A stretch of 64,000 bases of DNA from assembly GCA_027315405.1 (NCBI GenBank), contig DAHUYB010000057.1, positions 8,380 through 72,379 of the forward strand. The letters run 5' to 3'. The notes beneath the pieces were generated by a model. The model did no database searches. It saw only the letters and a list, made by a program, of their open reading frames with translations, and was not told the DNA's origin. The DNA comes from Gammaproteobacteria bacterium (GTDB lineage: Bacteria; Pseudomonadota; Gammaproteobacteria; Natronospirales; REEB76). This document shows positions 1 through 10,364 of the stretch, piece after piece. Position 1 is the stretch's first letter; the number at the start of each line of letters is the position of its first letter. Made by a program: the position numbers and the translations under genes.

Positions 1-306
1 GTCCATGAGTTCTCTGCGCACCCTCAACATGGGTTTGGCATCAATACGCAGACTCGCCTCAAATTCCAATAAACTCTTATGCACAGACTCAGCTATATCG
101 TCATTAACTGCGTTCAACAAATCAGCGCGCACCCGGCGCTGGACTTCATCCATTCCGATATTGGTTAGCCAGGATTGCCAGGCGGTTTCCATGCCGGCTT
201 GCCGGCCGCGCTGGTGGGACCAGGTCCACAATCCCGTGCGCTTTGCAATCAACACCAGGCATATGCTAAGTATCAGCAACGATACGATGATGACGGTCGG
301 CCACAT
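1..306 (-). CDS. Hypothetical protein with N-terminal membrane anchor (5' part only, runs off window)
   Basis: Manual translation from ATG 306: MWPTVIIVSLLILSICLVLIAKRTG...MDEVQRRVRADLL...; open to the window edge; starts 1 nt after the EEP gene stop. Confidence 0.7.
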   Translation of the reverse strand, partial: MWPTVIIVSLLILSICLVLIAKRTGLWTWSHQRGRQAGMETAWQSWLTNIGMDEVQRRVRADLLNAVNDDIAESVHKSLLEFEASLRIDAKPMLRVRRELMD

Positions 307-307
307 A

Positions 308-1054
308 TCAGTGAGTGCCTGGCACACGGAAATCGCAGATCAACGGCAGATGATCCGAAAACTCCACCTGTGGCATTTCGAAATGCGTAATCTCGACTTT
401 GGGGCCATGCAGGATGAAGTCCAATTGCCGCGAAGGACGGTTACTGGGCCAGGAAGGCAAGTTACGGGCATTGGCACTATGCAAACCAGCGGCCGCAGCG
501 AACAGATCAATCTCATAACTGCCCCAAAGAGTATTGAAATCTCCAGTCACAATCACCGGTTTATGGGCGCTGCGCACCAAGGATACTAAATGGTGCATCT
601 GATACTGGCGATGACGGAATTTCAACGAAAGATGCACCAGAAATAGACATACTTCATCGAGTTCCAATTCCATGATTAACCGCTTGATGCCCAGGTCAAA
701 ATAATGAACCCTCTGGATGGCGTTGGGGAGACGGGTGAGGAAAGCGTTACCCTGCTTACGAATGATGGGTAACCGCTGGTTGATGGAACCCAGGCCATAT
801 TTATTCTGATAAGCAGAGGCATGGCCGATGGCGGCGCCGATGGCTTCTGCCTGATTGACGGTGCTGGAGCGTACCGAGCCCATATCCACCTCGATGAGCC
901 CTACAATATCCGGTGAGAGTGAGCCGATAAACTGGACAATACGCTGAAAATTACGTGAGGTACCGCGCAGATAACCGCCCACGCCAGGTAGGGGAAAATG
1001 GAATCTCGCACCATGCCCAGTGGCATATCGCATGTTATAGAGAAGCAGGCGCAT
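308..1054 (-). CDS. Endonuclease/exonuclease/phosphatase (EEP, YbhP-like) family protein
   Basis: MRLLLYN start, DIVGLIEVD, GDFN, LDFI and SDHLP motifs. Confidence 0.88.
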   Translation of the reverse strand: MRLLLYNMRYATGHGARFHFPLPGVGGYLRGTSRNFQRIVQFIGSLSPDIVGLIEVDMGSVRSSTVNQAEAIGAAIGHASAYQNKYGLGSINQRLPIIRKQGNAFLTRLPNAIQRVHYFDLGIKRLIMELELDEVCLFLVHLSLKFRHRQYQMHHLVSLVRSAHKPVIVTGDFNTLWGSYEIDLFAAAAGLHSANARNLPSWPSNRPSRQLDFILHGPKVEITHFEMPQVEFSDHLPLICDFRVPGTH

Positions 1055-1129
1055 CGGGTATTCGGAGATTGAATAATTGAGCGAGTAGCCGTTACCGGTA
1101 AACACACTATACCAGCCCAGAGCGCTACC

Positions 1130-2239
1130 TTGAGCGAGCAACAACCCATCAGGTCAATTAACTCGCCCACCCTGGGCGACGGAATAACGCGCCTTTATAC
1201 CGAAGGCGATTTGCTCTACACACGGATGCTGGCAGTCATTGGTGCAGCGTGCCATTCGATCAAGCTGGAGAGCTACATTTTTGCCGACGATGAAATCGGC
1301 CGGCGCTTTACCGCAGCCCTGGGCGAGCGGGCGCGTGCCGGTATCCAGGTGCAAGTGAACATTGATGCTGCCGGCTCGCTGTTCTGGACGTCGCGCAAAC
1401 TGAAACGGATGCTGAAGGCCGGCGGCGTGCGGCTACGCTGGTTCCACCGCTGGAACTGGCGTGCCATGTGGCGCTATAACCGCCGTAATCACCGCAAGCT
1501 GTTGGTGGTGGACGGCCGTGTAGGTTTTCTCGGCGGCTTCAATATTCACAGGGAAAATTCCCGCGCAATCTATGGCGAGGCGCGCTGGCGTGACACCCAT
1601 GTGGAAGTACATGGGCAGCTAGCGCACAATCTACAAACCCTGTTTGATGCCTTCTGGCGAGGGCGGCGGCGCACTTGTCCGATAATCCGCTCCCGGCAAG
1701 CCATCCTCATCACCAACCATTCGCACCGCAGCCGGCTGCTGCTGCGCAACCTGTATGCCGCGCGTTTCACCATCGCCCGGCAGCGCATCTGGCTGACCAC
1801 GCCATATCTTGTTCCGGACCACCGCACCCAGCGTGGACTCAAGTTGGCCGCGAAACGCGGTATCGACGTGCGCGTATTGGTACCGAACAAAAGCGATGTC
1901 CGCATCGCCCAATGGGCAGCCCATGCCGCTTATGCTGGTCTACTCATTGCCGGTGTCAAAATATACCGATACCAGCCCCGCATACTGCACGCCAAAACGA
2001 TAGTGATTGATGGCTACTGGAGCAGCCTCGGCACTGCCAACATTGATTATCGGAGCTTTTTTTTGAATTACGAGCTGAACCTTGCCAGCCACAACCGCAA
2101 ATTGGCGGCTGTGCTGGAAAGTCAGTTCCTGACCGACCTGGCCGAATCCGAACAGATTTATCCGAAAATTTGGGTGCAACGCGGCTGGTACGCACGGGCG
2201 CTGGAATTCATCGGTTGGCTGGGCCGGCGCTGGCTGTGA
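1130..2239 (+). CDS. clsB: Cardiolipin synthase B-like phospholipase D
   Basis: Two HKD motifs (NHRKLLVVDG, LHAKTIVIDG), WRDTH, no N-terminal TM segments. Confidence 0.82.
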   Translation: MSEQQPIRSINSPTLGDGITRLYTEGDLLYTRMLAVIGAACHSIKLESYIFADDEIGRRFTAALGERARAGIQVQVNIDAAGSLFWTSRKLKRMLKAGGVRLRWFHRWNWRAMWRYNRRNHRKLLVVDGRVGFLGGFNIHRENSRAIYGEARWRDTHVEVHGQLAHNLQTLFDAFWRGRRRTCPIIRSRQAILITNHSHRSRLLLRNLYAARFTIARQRIWLTTPYLVPDHRTQRGLKLAAKRGIDVRVLVPNKSDVRIAQWAAHAAYAGLLIAGVKIYRYQPRILHAKTIVIDGYWSSLGTANIDYRSFFLNYELNLASHNRKLAAVLESQFLTDLAESEQIYPKIWVQRGWYARALEFIGWLGRRWL

Positions 2240-2273
2240 ACACTGGTTCCTTACTTCTTGGCTAAGCTCAATA

Positions 2274-2924
2274 TCAGAGACGCTGAACCTCTGGACGGTA
2301 CGGCATGGCTTCGGTGATCAAGCGCCAGCGTTGGTAATCCGCGGGGGTATCCACATTCCAAAGCGTAGCGAGCAGGTGACAGCGCCAACCCAATTGCGCA
2401 ATGCGCGCCTGGGTTTCACTCAGTACCAGGGATGTGCCCCAGGAAATGTCGTTGAATAATTCCTCGCTGGCCTGTTTCAGGCCTAGCAATACATAACCGC
2501 CATCCTCGGAAGGCCCCACAACCGCATCGCAGCCCCGTGCCAGCGCCGCGGCGGCTTCCTCCAGATAATACGCGGGCATGACCGGGCAATCCGCTCCCAT
2601 CAGAATGACGGCATCCGCGGCCACAAGGGCGCCGGAGGCACAGGTGTGCAGACGATTACTAAAATCACCCGGTGGCTGCGAAGTCAGCCGCACCGGATAT
2701 TTTTTCATTATTTTCCCAAAGAATGGATGGGATTCATCCGGGGCGCACCACAATTCCACTGGCCCCACAGCGGCATCCAATGCGGTAATGACCGCCTGCA
2801 TGACCAGCTCCTCCTGGAGATGAGCGGTATCCATTTCCCCCAAATGCGGGATGAGCCGGGTTTTGGCGAACCCCGGAATAGGCGCTTTGCACAGCAGCGC
2901 GAGAGTGCAGGGAGTACGTTGCAT
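2274..2924 (-). CDS. DUF2064/TIGR04282-type nucleotidyl/glycosyltransferase-like protein
   Basis: KAPIPGFAKTRL, GADCP, GPSEDGGYVLLGL, WGT, NVDTPAD motifs. Confidence 0.8.
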   Translation of the reverse strand: MQRTPCTLALLCKAPIPGFAKTRLIPHLGEMDTAHLQEELVMQAVITALDAAVGPVELWCAPDESHPFFGKIMKKYPVRLTSQPPGDFSNRLHTCASGALVAADAVILMGADCPVMPAYYLEEAAAALARGCDAVVGPSEDGGYVLLGLKQASEELFNDISWGTSLVLSETQARIAQLGWRCHLLATLWNVDTPADYQRWRLITEAMPYRPEVQRL

Positions 2925-2931
2925 AGTTCCG

Positions 2932-3726
2932 CTATTGCCCCAGCGATTGCAATCCGAGTTGTTTGTAAAGCGCGGCTCTGAAGGTACGGATGAGCTGTGT
3001 ATTTTCGCCGGCGTCGTTTTTACCCACGCGTGATTCAGAACGGATATCCAGTCGGGTAGAGTTGCCGACCGCCTGGATTCTGATCACCACATCGTCCTTG
3101 AGGCCGAACCAAAAGGTGGTGGCGGTGGCCTCAATTATGCCGGCCACGGGGTCATTGGAATCCAGTTTCCAACCCATAGTCTGTACCGTTCGCAGCGCCG
3201 CAGCATACACCGTGGTCGCCGCCAGCTTGAATACCATTGGTTGGATATCAGGATAGGCTTTTGCCTGCTGAGCGGCGGTTTCCGCACCCGCGTAAACTGC
3301 CGAATTTTGCGCCTTGTTCCTGAGCGCCAGCACCTCGGGCTGGAATCGCGGCGGGTTCACGGCATCGGTGCTGATGTCATGCATGGCCGGTATGGATGCG
3401 ATTTTTTTGAGCCACAGATGAGGGATGCCCCAGGCCACTACGCCGGACAGCATCCCGATAACTGCGCCGATGAAGTATTTTGGACGTCGGGTCAGTAGTA
3501 CCAGGGTCAGTCCGATAATGGCAATAAGTACAGCCAGGATGCCACCGTAGGTGCCGTACTTAATCATCTCAAAAGCGTCGTCCAAGCCATAAACATGGAT
3601 ACGGTAGAGGAGGCCAGGCAGCAGTACGGCAAAAACAGCCAGAATACCGATAATCAAGCTCAGTACCACCATGCGTGTCGCCCAGCGGCCAAGGGATGCT
3701 GGGCCGGTAGCGGATGTCGGGTTCAT
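2932..3726 (-). CDS. DUF1499 domain membrane protein
   Basis: Three N-terminal TM helices, then HDISTD, YPDIQP, IEATATTFWFGLKDDVVIR, DIRSESRVG. Confidence 0.85.
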   Translation of the reverse strand: MNPTSATGPASLGRWATRMVVLSLIIGILAVFAVLLPGLLYRIHVYGLDDAFEMIKYGTYGGILAVLIAIIGLTLVLLTRRPKYFIGAVIGMLSGVVAWGIPHLWLKKIASIPAMHDISTDAVNPPRFQPEVLALRNKAQNSAVYAGAETAAQQAKAYPDIQPMVFKLAATTVYAAALRTVQTMGWKLDSNDPVAGIIEATATTFWFGLKDDVVIRIQAVGNSTRLDIRSESRVGKNDAGENTQLIRTFRAALYKQLGLQSLGQ

Positions 3727-4039
3727 GCAGGAACTCCGTGGCACTGGCAGCGACAGGCTTGGTGATGTTAAGCGCTAACAGAATACGACAAAAAGGCAAG
3801 CGGCTTATGCCGCCCTGCTGATGAGAATGGATTGATGCGCTGTGCATCACTCGGATTTCAGGTCCAGATCCGCGACGCAAGGTATCCGTTGGCTCCTGCG
3901 CCGGCGTATTGCGTAACAGCAGTGGGGATTATCATCAAAATTTAAATTAAAGTAGTACTTTATATATTAAATATAATTCATTATTAAATAACGATTTAAT
4001 AAATAACCGCCAGCGACACCCATCCGCGCGGAGTAATGG

Positions 4040-4250
4040 ATGGTGGCCAAATTCCAGGGTCGGAGGGTTAATGGCACCGCCGTCCCGCTTTTTGGGAGCC
4101 GGCAGTACGACAAAGCCCTGAATTCCGCGGGCATGCGGAGTACCCGGGCTGAGCTGGGTGACGGTCTTGCCAAACTCGATTGTGCGGTCACCTACGAACC
4201 CAGTAACCGCACCCCGGCTATGGCCACGATTTCAGATTCCGCATTGGTGA
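4040..4250 (+). pseudogene. Possible eroded fragment of an S9 peptidase paralogue
   Basis: LAKLDCAVTYEPSNR, then GYGHDF after a frameshift; echoes LANHGFIVLSVNYRLSTGYGHDF in the adjacent peptidase. Confidence 0.3.
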
Positions 4251-4387
4251 GCGCCATTGGAACAACGGTGGCGGACCACGGGTTCCACCCGCGGCTGGAT
4301 AGTTTTCAATAAAGCGCGCGATAATATTGAATTATTTATGGTTTCAGCGGTTGCGTTGATTGCTGTCTGCATTTTGAGGAGATTTTA

Positions 4388-6544
4388 ATGCGGCATCGTT
4401 CGTTGCAGGTTCTCGGATTGTATGTATTAACCAGCTGCGTCGCGCTGTTTAACACGGCCGGCTATGCGCAACCACCCGGGCAAAACTTCAGCATGGAGCA
4501 GGTGTTAGGCTATCCGTTTCCCTCCGGCATGACGGCTTCGCCGAATGGCAGTGCCTTCGCCTGGATACTGGATGAGCGCGGTGTACGTAACATCTGGGTT
4601 GCCCAGGGGCCCGATTATCAACCCCGTCTGCTGACGCGCTATTCGCAAGATAGCGGTCAGGAACTCAGCAACCTGAGTTTTTCTCATGATGGTAAATATC
4701 TAGTGTATGTTCGCGGCGGCGATCACGATGCCAATTGGCCGGAAACCCTGCAACCGGATCCCAATTCCAGCCCGGTACAACCGCAGATGCAGGTGTGGGC
4801 GGTATCACTGACCACCGGCGAACCACAGGTATTGGGTGATGGTGACACACCGGCGATTTCACCGGATGGACAGCGCGTGGCCTTCATCCATTTGCCCGAG
4901 AACAGCGTGTGGTGGGCACCCATTGACGGCAGCCAAAAGGCGCAGCGTTTGTTTTTTGATAGCGGCCAGGATTCCGACCTGCAATGGTCGCCAGACGGCA
5001 AAGCGCTGGCCTTCGTTTCCGGCCGCGGCGATCACAGTTTTATCGGCGTGTACCGCGATAATCTGACGCCCATCCAATATCTGCTGCCATCCACCGCCAA
5101 TGACCTGGAACCGCGCTGGTCTCCGGATGGCACGCGCATCGCTTTTGCGCGCACACCCGGGGACGGCGGACCACCCCAGTCAATTTTGAAATGGCATTCT
5201 GTTCCCTGGTCTATTTGGGTGGCGGATGTGAAGTCCGGCACCGGCCAACGTGCATGGCGGAGCCCGGATACGTTGCGCGGCTCATTCCCACAACAGGGCG
5301 GAGATGTGGACTTGCAGTGGGTTGCCGGCAATCAAATCGCATTCATTTCGCAAATGGATAACTGGCCGCATCTGTATGTAGTGTCGACCAAAGGCGGCCA
5401 AGCGCGGCTGCTTACGCCTGGTGGTTTCCAGGTGGGGGGCGTGGCCCTTTCTCCAGACCGAAAGTACCTGGTTTATAGCGCTAACACCGGCAGCACGCTT
5501 GGCGACGATGACCGCCGTCACCTTTATCGGGTTTCGGTCCTGGGCGGCGCACCGGAATCCATCACCCGGGGTGATCGCAGCGAATGGAGCCCGGTGGTTA
5601 CCGGGGACGGCAAAACTCTTGCATTTATTGAGGCCGGCGCCAAACAACCGCCTCTGGTGATGTGTGGAAAGTTGTCCGGGAGCAGCTGGCAGACGCTGGA
5701 CAGTGGCCTGCTGCCAACGGATTTCCCCACCGCCGACCTGGTGGTGCCGAAGCTCGTGAGTTTTCGCGCCAGCGACAGCTTGGTCATACAGGGTCAGTTG
5801 TTCGAAAAGAATGACGGTGTTGCAAAGAAGCCGGGCATCATTTTCGTGCATGGCGGCCCGATGCGGCAGATGCTGCTCACATGGCACAACATGGATTATT
5901 ACAGCAATGCCTACGCCGTAAACCAATACTTGGCCAATCACGGTTTCATCGTGCTGTCGGTGAATTACCGTCTGAGCACCGGTTACGGACATGATTTCCA
6001 TTATCCGGCCCACTGGGGACCCACCGGCGCTGCGGAATACAAGGATGTGCTCGCGGGTGCGCGCTTCCTGCAGCGCGATCCACAAGTGGATGCCAAGCGC
6101 ATTGGTATCTGGGGTGGTTCCTACGGCGGCTATCTCACGGCGCTGGCATTGGCACGCAATTCCAATATCTTCAAGGCCGGGGTGGATTTCCACGGCGTGC
6201 ATGACTGGTCCATGTTCCTGGAAGACTGGTTTGGAAAACCGATTCAGCGCTACCAGATGCCGGATATGAAGGCGCTCATGAAGGTGTTCTGGGAGTCTTC
6301 CCCCGATTCCGACATCGCCAAGTGGAAATCTCCGGTGTTGCTGATTCAGGGTGATGACGACCGCAACGTGCATTTCCATCAGATGGTGGATCTGGTACGC
6401 CGCCTGCAGCTTCAGCATGTCCCTTATCGTGAAATGGTGATTCCCAATGAAATACATGGATTCTTGAGATACCACTCGTGGTTAGAAGCGGATCAGGCAA
6501 CTGCGGACTTTTTTGCTCAGCAATTTTTGCACGACAAAAATTAG
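4388..6544 (+). CDS. Secreted S9 prolyl oligopeptidase/acylaminoacyl peptidase with beta-propeller
   Basis: Signal peptide, repeated WSPDG motifs, HGGP, GGSYGG nucleophile, DDRNV, EIHGF. Confidence 0.92.
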   Translation: MRHRSLQVLGLYVLTSCVALFNTAGYAQPPGQNFSMEQVLGYPFPSGMTASPNGSAFAWILDERGVRNIWVAQGPDYQPRLLTRYSQDSGQELSNLSFSHDGKYLVYVRGGDHDANWPETLQPDPNSSPVQPQMQVWAVSLTTGEPQVLGDGDTPAISPDGQRVAFIHLPENSVWWAPIDGSQKAQRLFFDSGQDSDLQWSPDGKALAFVSGRGDHSFIGVYRDNLTPIQYLLPSTANDLEPRWSPDGTRIAFARTPGDGGPPQSILKWHSVPWSIWVADVKSGTGQRAWRSPDTLRGSFPQQGGDVDLQWVAGNQIAFISQMDNWPHLYVVSTKGGQARLLTPGGFQVGGVALSPDRKYLVYSANTGSTLGDDDRRHLYRVSVLGGAPESITRGDRSEWSPVVTGDGKTLAFIEAGAKQPPLVMCGKLSGSSWQTLDSGLLPTDFPTADLVVPKLVSFRASDSLVIQGQLFEKNDGVAKKPGIIFVHGGPMRQMLLTWHNMDYYSNAYAVNQYLANHGFIVLSVNYRLSTGYGHDFHYPAHWGPTGAAEYKDVLAGARFLQRDPQVDAKRIGIWGGSYGGYLTALALARNSNIFKAGVDFHGVHDWSMFLEDWFGKPIQRYQMPDMKALMKVFWESSPDSDIAKWKSPVLLIQGDDDRNVHFHQMVDLVRRLQLQHVPYREMVIPNEIHGFLRYHSWLEADQATADFFAQQFLHDKN

Positions 6545-6571
6545 CCAGCGGATGGATGCGCATCACTTCCC

Positions 6572-7843
6572 ATGAAGCCTGATGTCGTTGTCATCGGCGC
6601 CGGGTTGATAGGCACCACCACTGCCTGGTATCTCGCAGAACGCGGATTAAACGTGACGGTGGTGGAACGCCGGGAAAGCCCCGGACTTGAAACCAGTTTT
6701 GCCAATGGCGGTCTGCTGACACCCAGCGAGGCTGATCCCTGGAATGCACCGGGCACTCTGGGGCGCATGCTGCGTTGGCTGGGTCGTGAAGATTCGCCGC
6801 TGTTGCTGCGTCCGCGCGCGCTGCCTGACATGCTGGGTTGGGGGTTGAAATTCCTGCATGCATCGCGGCCGGCGCCACATTTGCGCTCCACCCTGGCCAC
6901 CTTGCGGCTCGCTTTATATAGTCTGAGTACCCTGAATGAACTTGGACAACAACTGGCGCTCAACTACGACCGGCTCAGCAACGGCACTTTGAAAATCTTT
7001 CGCGATCCTATCGCGCTGCAACATTCAATGGAACTGGCGGATAGCCTGCGTCACTTGGGGCTGGAATCCCGTGGTTTGAACCCCAGAGAAGCCGCCGATT
7101 TGGAACCTTCGCTGGAAAACGTTTCCAATCAATTGGTTGGTGCCATTTATTATCCAGGAGATGGTAGTGGGGATGCTTTTCAGTTTACTCGCGAACTACA
7201 AGCACATGCTCTCGGCGCCGGCGTTAAGTTTCATTTCAATACGCCGGTAAGCCGCATCACGACACAGGACCGGCGTGTTCGGGCGTTGCTTACGGAGGAG
7301 GGCGAAATACGAGCGGATAATTACGTGCTGGCTGCCGGCAGTTACAGCCCGCAGTTGGCGCGACCGCTGCAGTTGCGGCTTCCGATTTACCCCGTTAAGG
7401 GCTATTCAGTCACCGTAACCCCTACCATTGATCATGATCTGCATATACCGTTGGTTGATTTTGAGCAAAAGATCGTGATTACGCCGCTTGGCAAGCATCT
7501 GCGCATTGCCGGCACCGCAGAATTCAATGGATACGACACCACCCTCAATCCGATGCGTTCTGAGAATATTCTGCATCAGGCGAGCGCCATTCTTCCGTGG
7601 CTTGCAGATTCGAGCAAGAGGGGCGAGGCGACGCACTGGACAGGTTTACGGCCCATGACTTGCGACGGCCCTCCGATCTTGGGTGCTTCGCCGTATCCCA
7701 ACCTGTTCTTTAACACTGGCCATGGGCCACTTGGCTGGACTCTGGGCGCCGGTTCAGCACGCTGCGTTGCGGATATGGTAGCGGGATTCAAACCCACAAT
7801 TGATTTGGCTGCTTATAGCCTTAATCGGTTTATACACCGGTGA
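6572..7843 (+). CDS. dadA: D-amino acid dehydrogenase
   Basis: GAGLIG FAD motif, ETSFANGG, YPVKGYS, WTGLRPMT, NTGHGPLGWT. Confidence 0.88.
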   Translation: MKPDVVVIGAGLIGTTTAWYLAERGLNVTVVERRESPGLETSFANGGLLTPSEADPWNAPGTLGRMLRWLGREDSPLLLRPRALPDMLGWGLKFLHASRPAPHLRSTLATLRLALYSLSTLNELGQQLALNYDRLSNGTLKIFRDPIALQHSMELADSLRHLGLESRGLNPREAADLEPSLENVSNQLVGAIYYPGDGSGDAFQFTRELQAHALGAGVKFHFNTPVSRITTQDRRVRALLTEEGEIRADNYVLAAGSYSPQLARPLQLRLPIYPVKGYSVTVTPTIDHDLHIPLVDFEQKIVITPLGKHLRIAGTAEFNGYDTTLNPMRSENILHQASAILPWLADSSKRGEATHWTGLRPMTCDGPPILGASPYPNLFFNTGHGPLGWTLGAGSARCVADMVAGFKPTIDLAAYSLNRFIHR

Positions 7844-7946
7844 TTGTCTAGTCATCGGCTAAGTCGAAAATTGAGTCTGTTGTCATGAAGCCTGTACCGG
7901 GATGATCCCATGCTAGACTTTCATTAATCGAAAACGAGAATCTAAA

Positions 7947-9146
7947 ATGCGCTACAAAGTCAACGTAGGTGATTTACAGACCGGCATGTATGTGACCGAA
8001 TTGGACCGGCCATGGGTCGGCACACCTTTTTTGTTTCAAGGGTTTCTCATTGAATCTGACGAAGAGCTGGAGCAGTTAAAGGCGATTTGTGTTTTTGTCG
8101 TCATTGATGAAGCACAATCCAAGGTAGCGGTGGGATCGGTTGGCAAATCAGCCGACGATAGTACGGAATCAACTCAGGAAAGCGCTCGCGAATCCCAAAA
8201 GTCATCGGCTCGTAATACGGAGCGCCCTGCCCAAGAGCGTGCCAGCGTGCAACAGAATATCGGGCAGTTACTCGCCAGCGCAAAAGACGGCAAGGAAATC
8301 GATACAAAAGAATCGCAAAGGATTATCGCGCGACTTGTTCAACAATCAATGAATCATAACCTGATGATGCAAATGTCGAATCTTCGCAACAGACAAGATC
8401 GAGATGCCGGGCATTCGCTGAATACCGCAATTCTGGCGATTGCCTTTGGTAAGCATCTCGGCCATTCCGAAGACAGGCTGCGTCTGCTGGGATTGGGAGC
8501 GATACTGCATGATATTGGAAAAACCCACACACCCCGTGAAATACTCGACAAACCAGGCAAGCTCACCGATGAAGAATTTGCGGTTATAAAGCGCCATCCG
8601 GATGAAGGTTATGAAATGCTCAAGACCTCGAACAATGTCCCGGATGAGGTACTGAGCATGGTTCGTTACCATCATGAGCGGGTTAACGGTAGTGGCTATC
8701 CCAATGGGCTAAAGGGAGATGAAATCCCGCTTTCTGTTGGCATTATTTCAATCGCGGATGCCTACGAAACCCTCACTACCGATAACCCCTATCAGCCGGC
8801 GCTGACACCCGTAGAAGCACTGCAGCGGCTGCGCACTACAGGTACAGAGGGTTTTGGAAAGGACCTGATGCAGGGCTTCATCCGCTTCATGGGGCTTTAT
8901 CCCGTCGGTAGCGTTGTCAAACTCAATTCCAACGATATCGCAATCGTATTTTCCGCGGATCAAAAAACACGCATGCGGCCACTAGTTATGCTGGTGCGAG
9001 ATAGTAAAGGTACCGAAATCCGCCCCCACCGGTTGGTTAACCTAGCGGTTCTACCAGAAAGTAAACTCTCGATTAGCGGCATCGTAGACCCCAGGAAATA
9101 TGCAATTGACACCGCCACGCTGTTTGAGAAAGAGCTGGGGCAGTAA
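7947..9146 (+). CDS. HD-GYP c-di-GMP phosphodiesterase with N-terminal DUF3391-like domain
   Basis: GMYVTELDRPW..TPFLFQGF N-terminus; LHDIGK and HHERVNGSGYP. Confidence 0.9.
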   Translation: MRYKVNVGDLQTGMYVTELDRPWVGTPFLFQGFLIESDEELEQLKAICVFVVIDEAQSKVAVGSVGKSADDSTESTQESARESQKSSARNTERPAQERASVQQNIGQLLASAKDGKEIDTKESQRIIARLVQQSMNHNLMMQMSNLRNRQDRDAGHSLNTAILAIAFGKHLGHSEDRLRLLGLGAILHDIGKTHTPREILDKPGKLTDEEFAVIKRHPDEGYEMLKTSNNVPDEVLSMVRYHHERVNGSGYPNGLKGDEIPLSVGIISIADAYETLTTDNPYQPALTPVEALQRLRTTGTEGFGKDLMQGFIRFMGLYPVGSVVKLNSNDIAIVFSADQKTRMRPLVMLVRDSKGTEIRPHRLVNLAVLPESKLSISGIVDPRKYAIDTATLFEKELGQ

Positions 9147-9340
9147 GTGACCAAACGACGTGTTCCTGTAAGCACAATTCTCACTGTACCAGTACGTAGC
9201 TCGATTCTTGGGCGTCTCTTTGGATTGCGCATAATGTATATTATGTAATAATAAAAACTAGGAAGACACGAATCACCGACTTTTCCATCTGGCAGCCCAA
9301 ATCTAGTCACCTTTTCTGCCCAATCACGGTCACCTGCAGA

Positions 9341-9402
9341 CAGCACTACCCCTGCTACCTCAGGGGCCACCCCGAAGGGTTGAGGTAGCCTCTGGCTAGA
9401 GG
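9341..9402 (-). other. Compact structured element (alternative hairpins/pseudoknot)
   Basis: cccctg/cagggg stem whose loop is complementary to downstream aggtag; gctacctca/tgaggtagc stem; cUUCGg hairpin on the minus strand. Confidence 0.35.
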
Positions 9403-9863
9403 TACCAGCGACGCGGCGGCCGCCTCCAAGGAAGTGTTTGCCGGAGAAACTTAGCCGCCCGCCCTCAATGAAATTCAATTTCAACGTAAGCCTTCCGGCG
9501 TTCCGGATCAGTACACGCCACCGGCGAAAGAATCCATGGCTTCGAGCTGGTGCTGCATCATGTACTCATGAAAAGCGGACGACACCAAGGGGTTATCGGC
9601 GTATGGATTCAGATAGAGATAGCCGTCCATGTTGGCTGATTCCGGCGCGTCCGGAAGAATGTACCGGTCCCGAAGAAAAGATATACCACTTAATCTTCCT
9701 AGTTCCACACAGCTAATATTATATTTAGATAGTTCTGTTAATGCATTAAAATATATAGATATTGACAATTATTAATTTCCCATGCTACGGAAATTCGTGT
9801 AATAGCACCAACGCTTTCCTTAATGGTTAGAATGGACTCCTCCTGGGGTTGTCCGTCACTCTA

Positions 9864-10238
9864 ATGCAACAAGAAAAGCGCACCTTTCGCCGAATAGCCG
9901 TTGAACATTCCATACGCATCCTGGAGGCGGATGGCAGCATTCTTCCGGCCATCGCCATCGATGTCTCTCTTACTGGCATGCAGATATTGTGTGACGGGCC
10001 AACCATGAGCAGGATCACCCCCCACGGTACGCAGACCAATGCAGGACACGGGGTCCGAATTCATGTGCGGGTGACATTGCCGGGCATTCCGGATAACCAA
10101 GGCCGGCTGGGGTTGTTCGGCCGTGTCGTAGCGGTGCGCCAGAACGGCGAGGATGAATACCGGATGGGAGTACAGTTCACGGACTTTGAGGCGGGCACCT
10201 ATAACGCTCTTGAGACTTATATTGACAGCCATCTCTAG
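9864..10238 (+). CDS. Stand-alone PilZ domain c-di-GMP receptor
   Basis: RxxxR (RTFRR) and DxSxxG (DVSLTG) motifs; GVQF. Confidence 0.85.
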   Translation: MQQEKRTFRRIAVEHSIRILEADGSILPAIAIDVSLTGMQILCDGPTMSRITPHGTQTNAGHGVRIHVRVTLPGIPDNQGRLGLFGRVVAVRQNGEDEYRMGVQFTDFEAGTYNALETYIDSHL

Positions 10239-10364
10239 GTGGCTTTCCATTCGACCATTAAACTGCCTCAGTTACTCTCATCGTAGTCCTGATGCTTGCC
10301 GGTGGGGCCTTGCCGGCTTACACCTGCCCGGGTGTCGCAAATACCGACTCATAGACCATCGAAA

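Noticed and set aside
5282-6475. 397-aa minus-strand ORF and similar long antisense ORFs (e.g. 27362-28192, 47995-49077)
   Set aside because: Shadows of well-supported genes in GC-rich DNA
9508-9768. 86-aa AT-rich minus-strand ORF between HD-GYP and PilZ
   Set aside because: No clear SD or family motif; left unannotated
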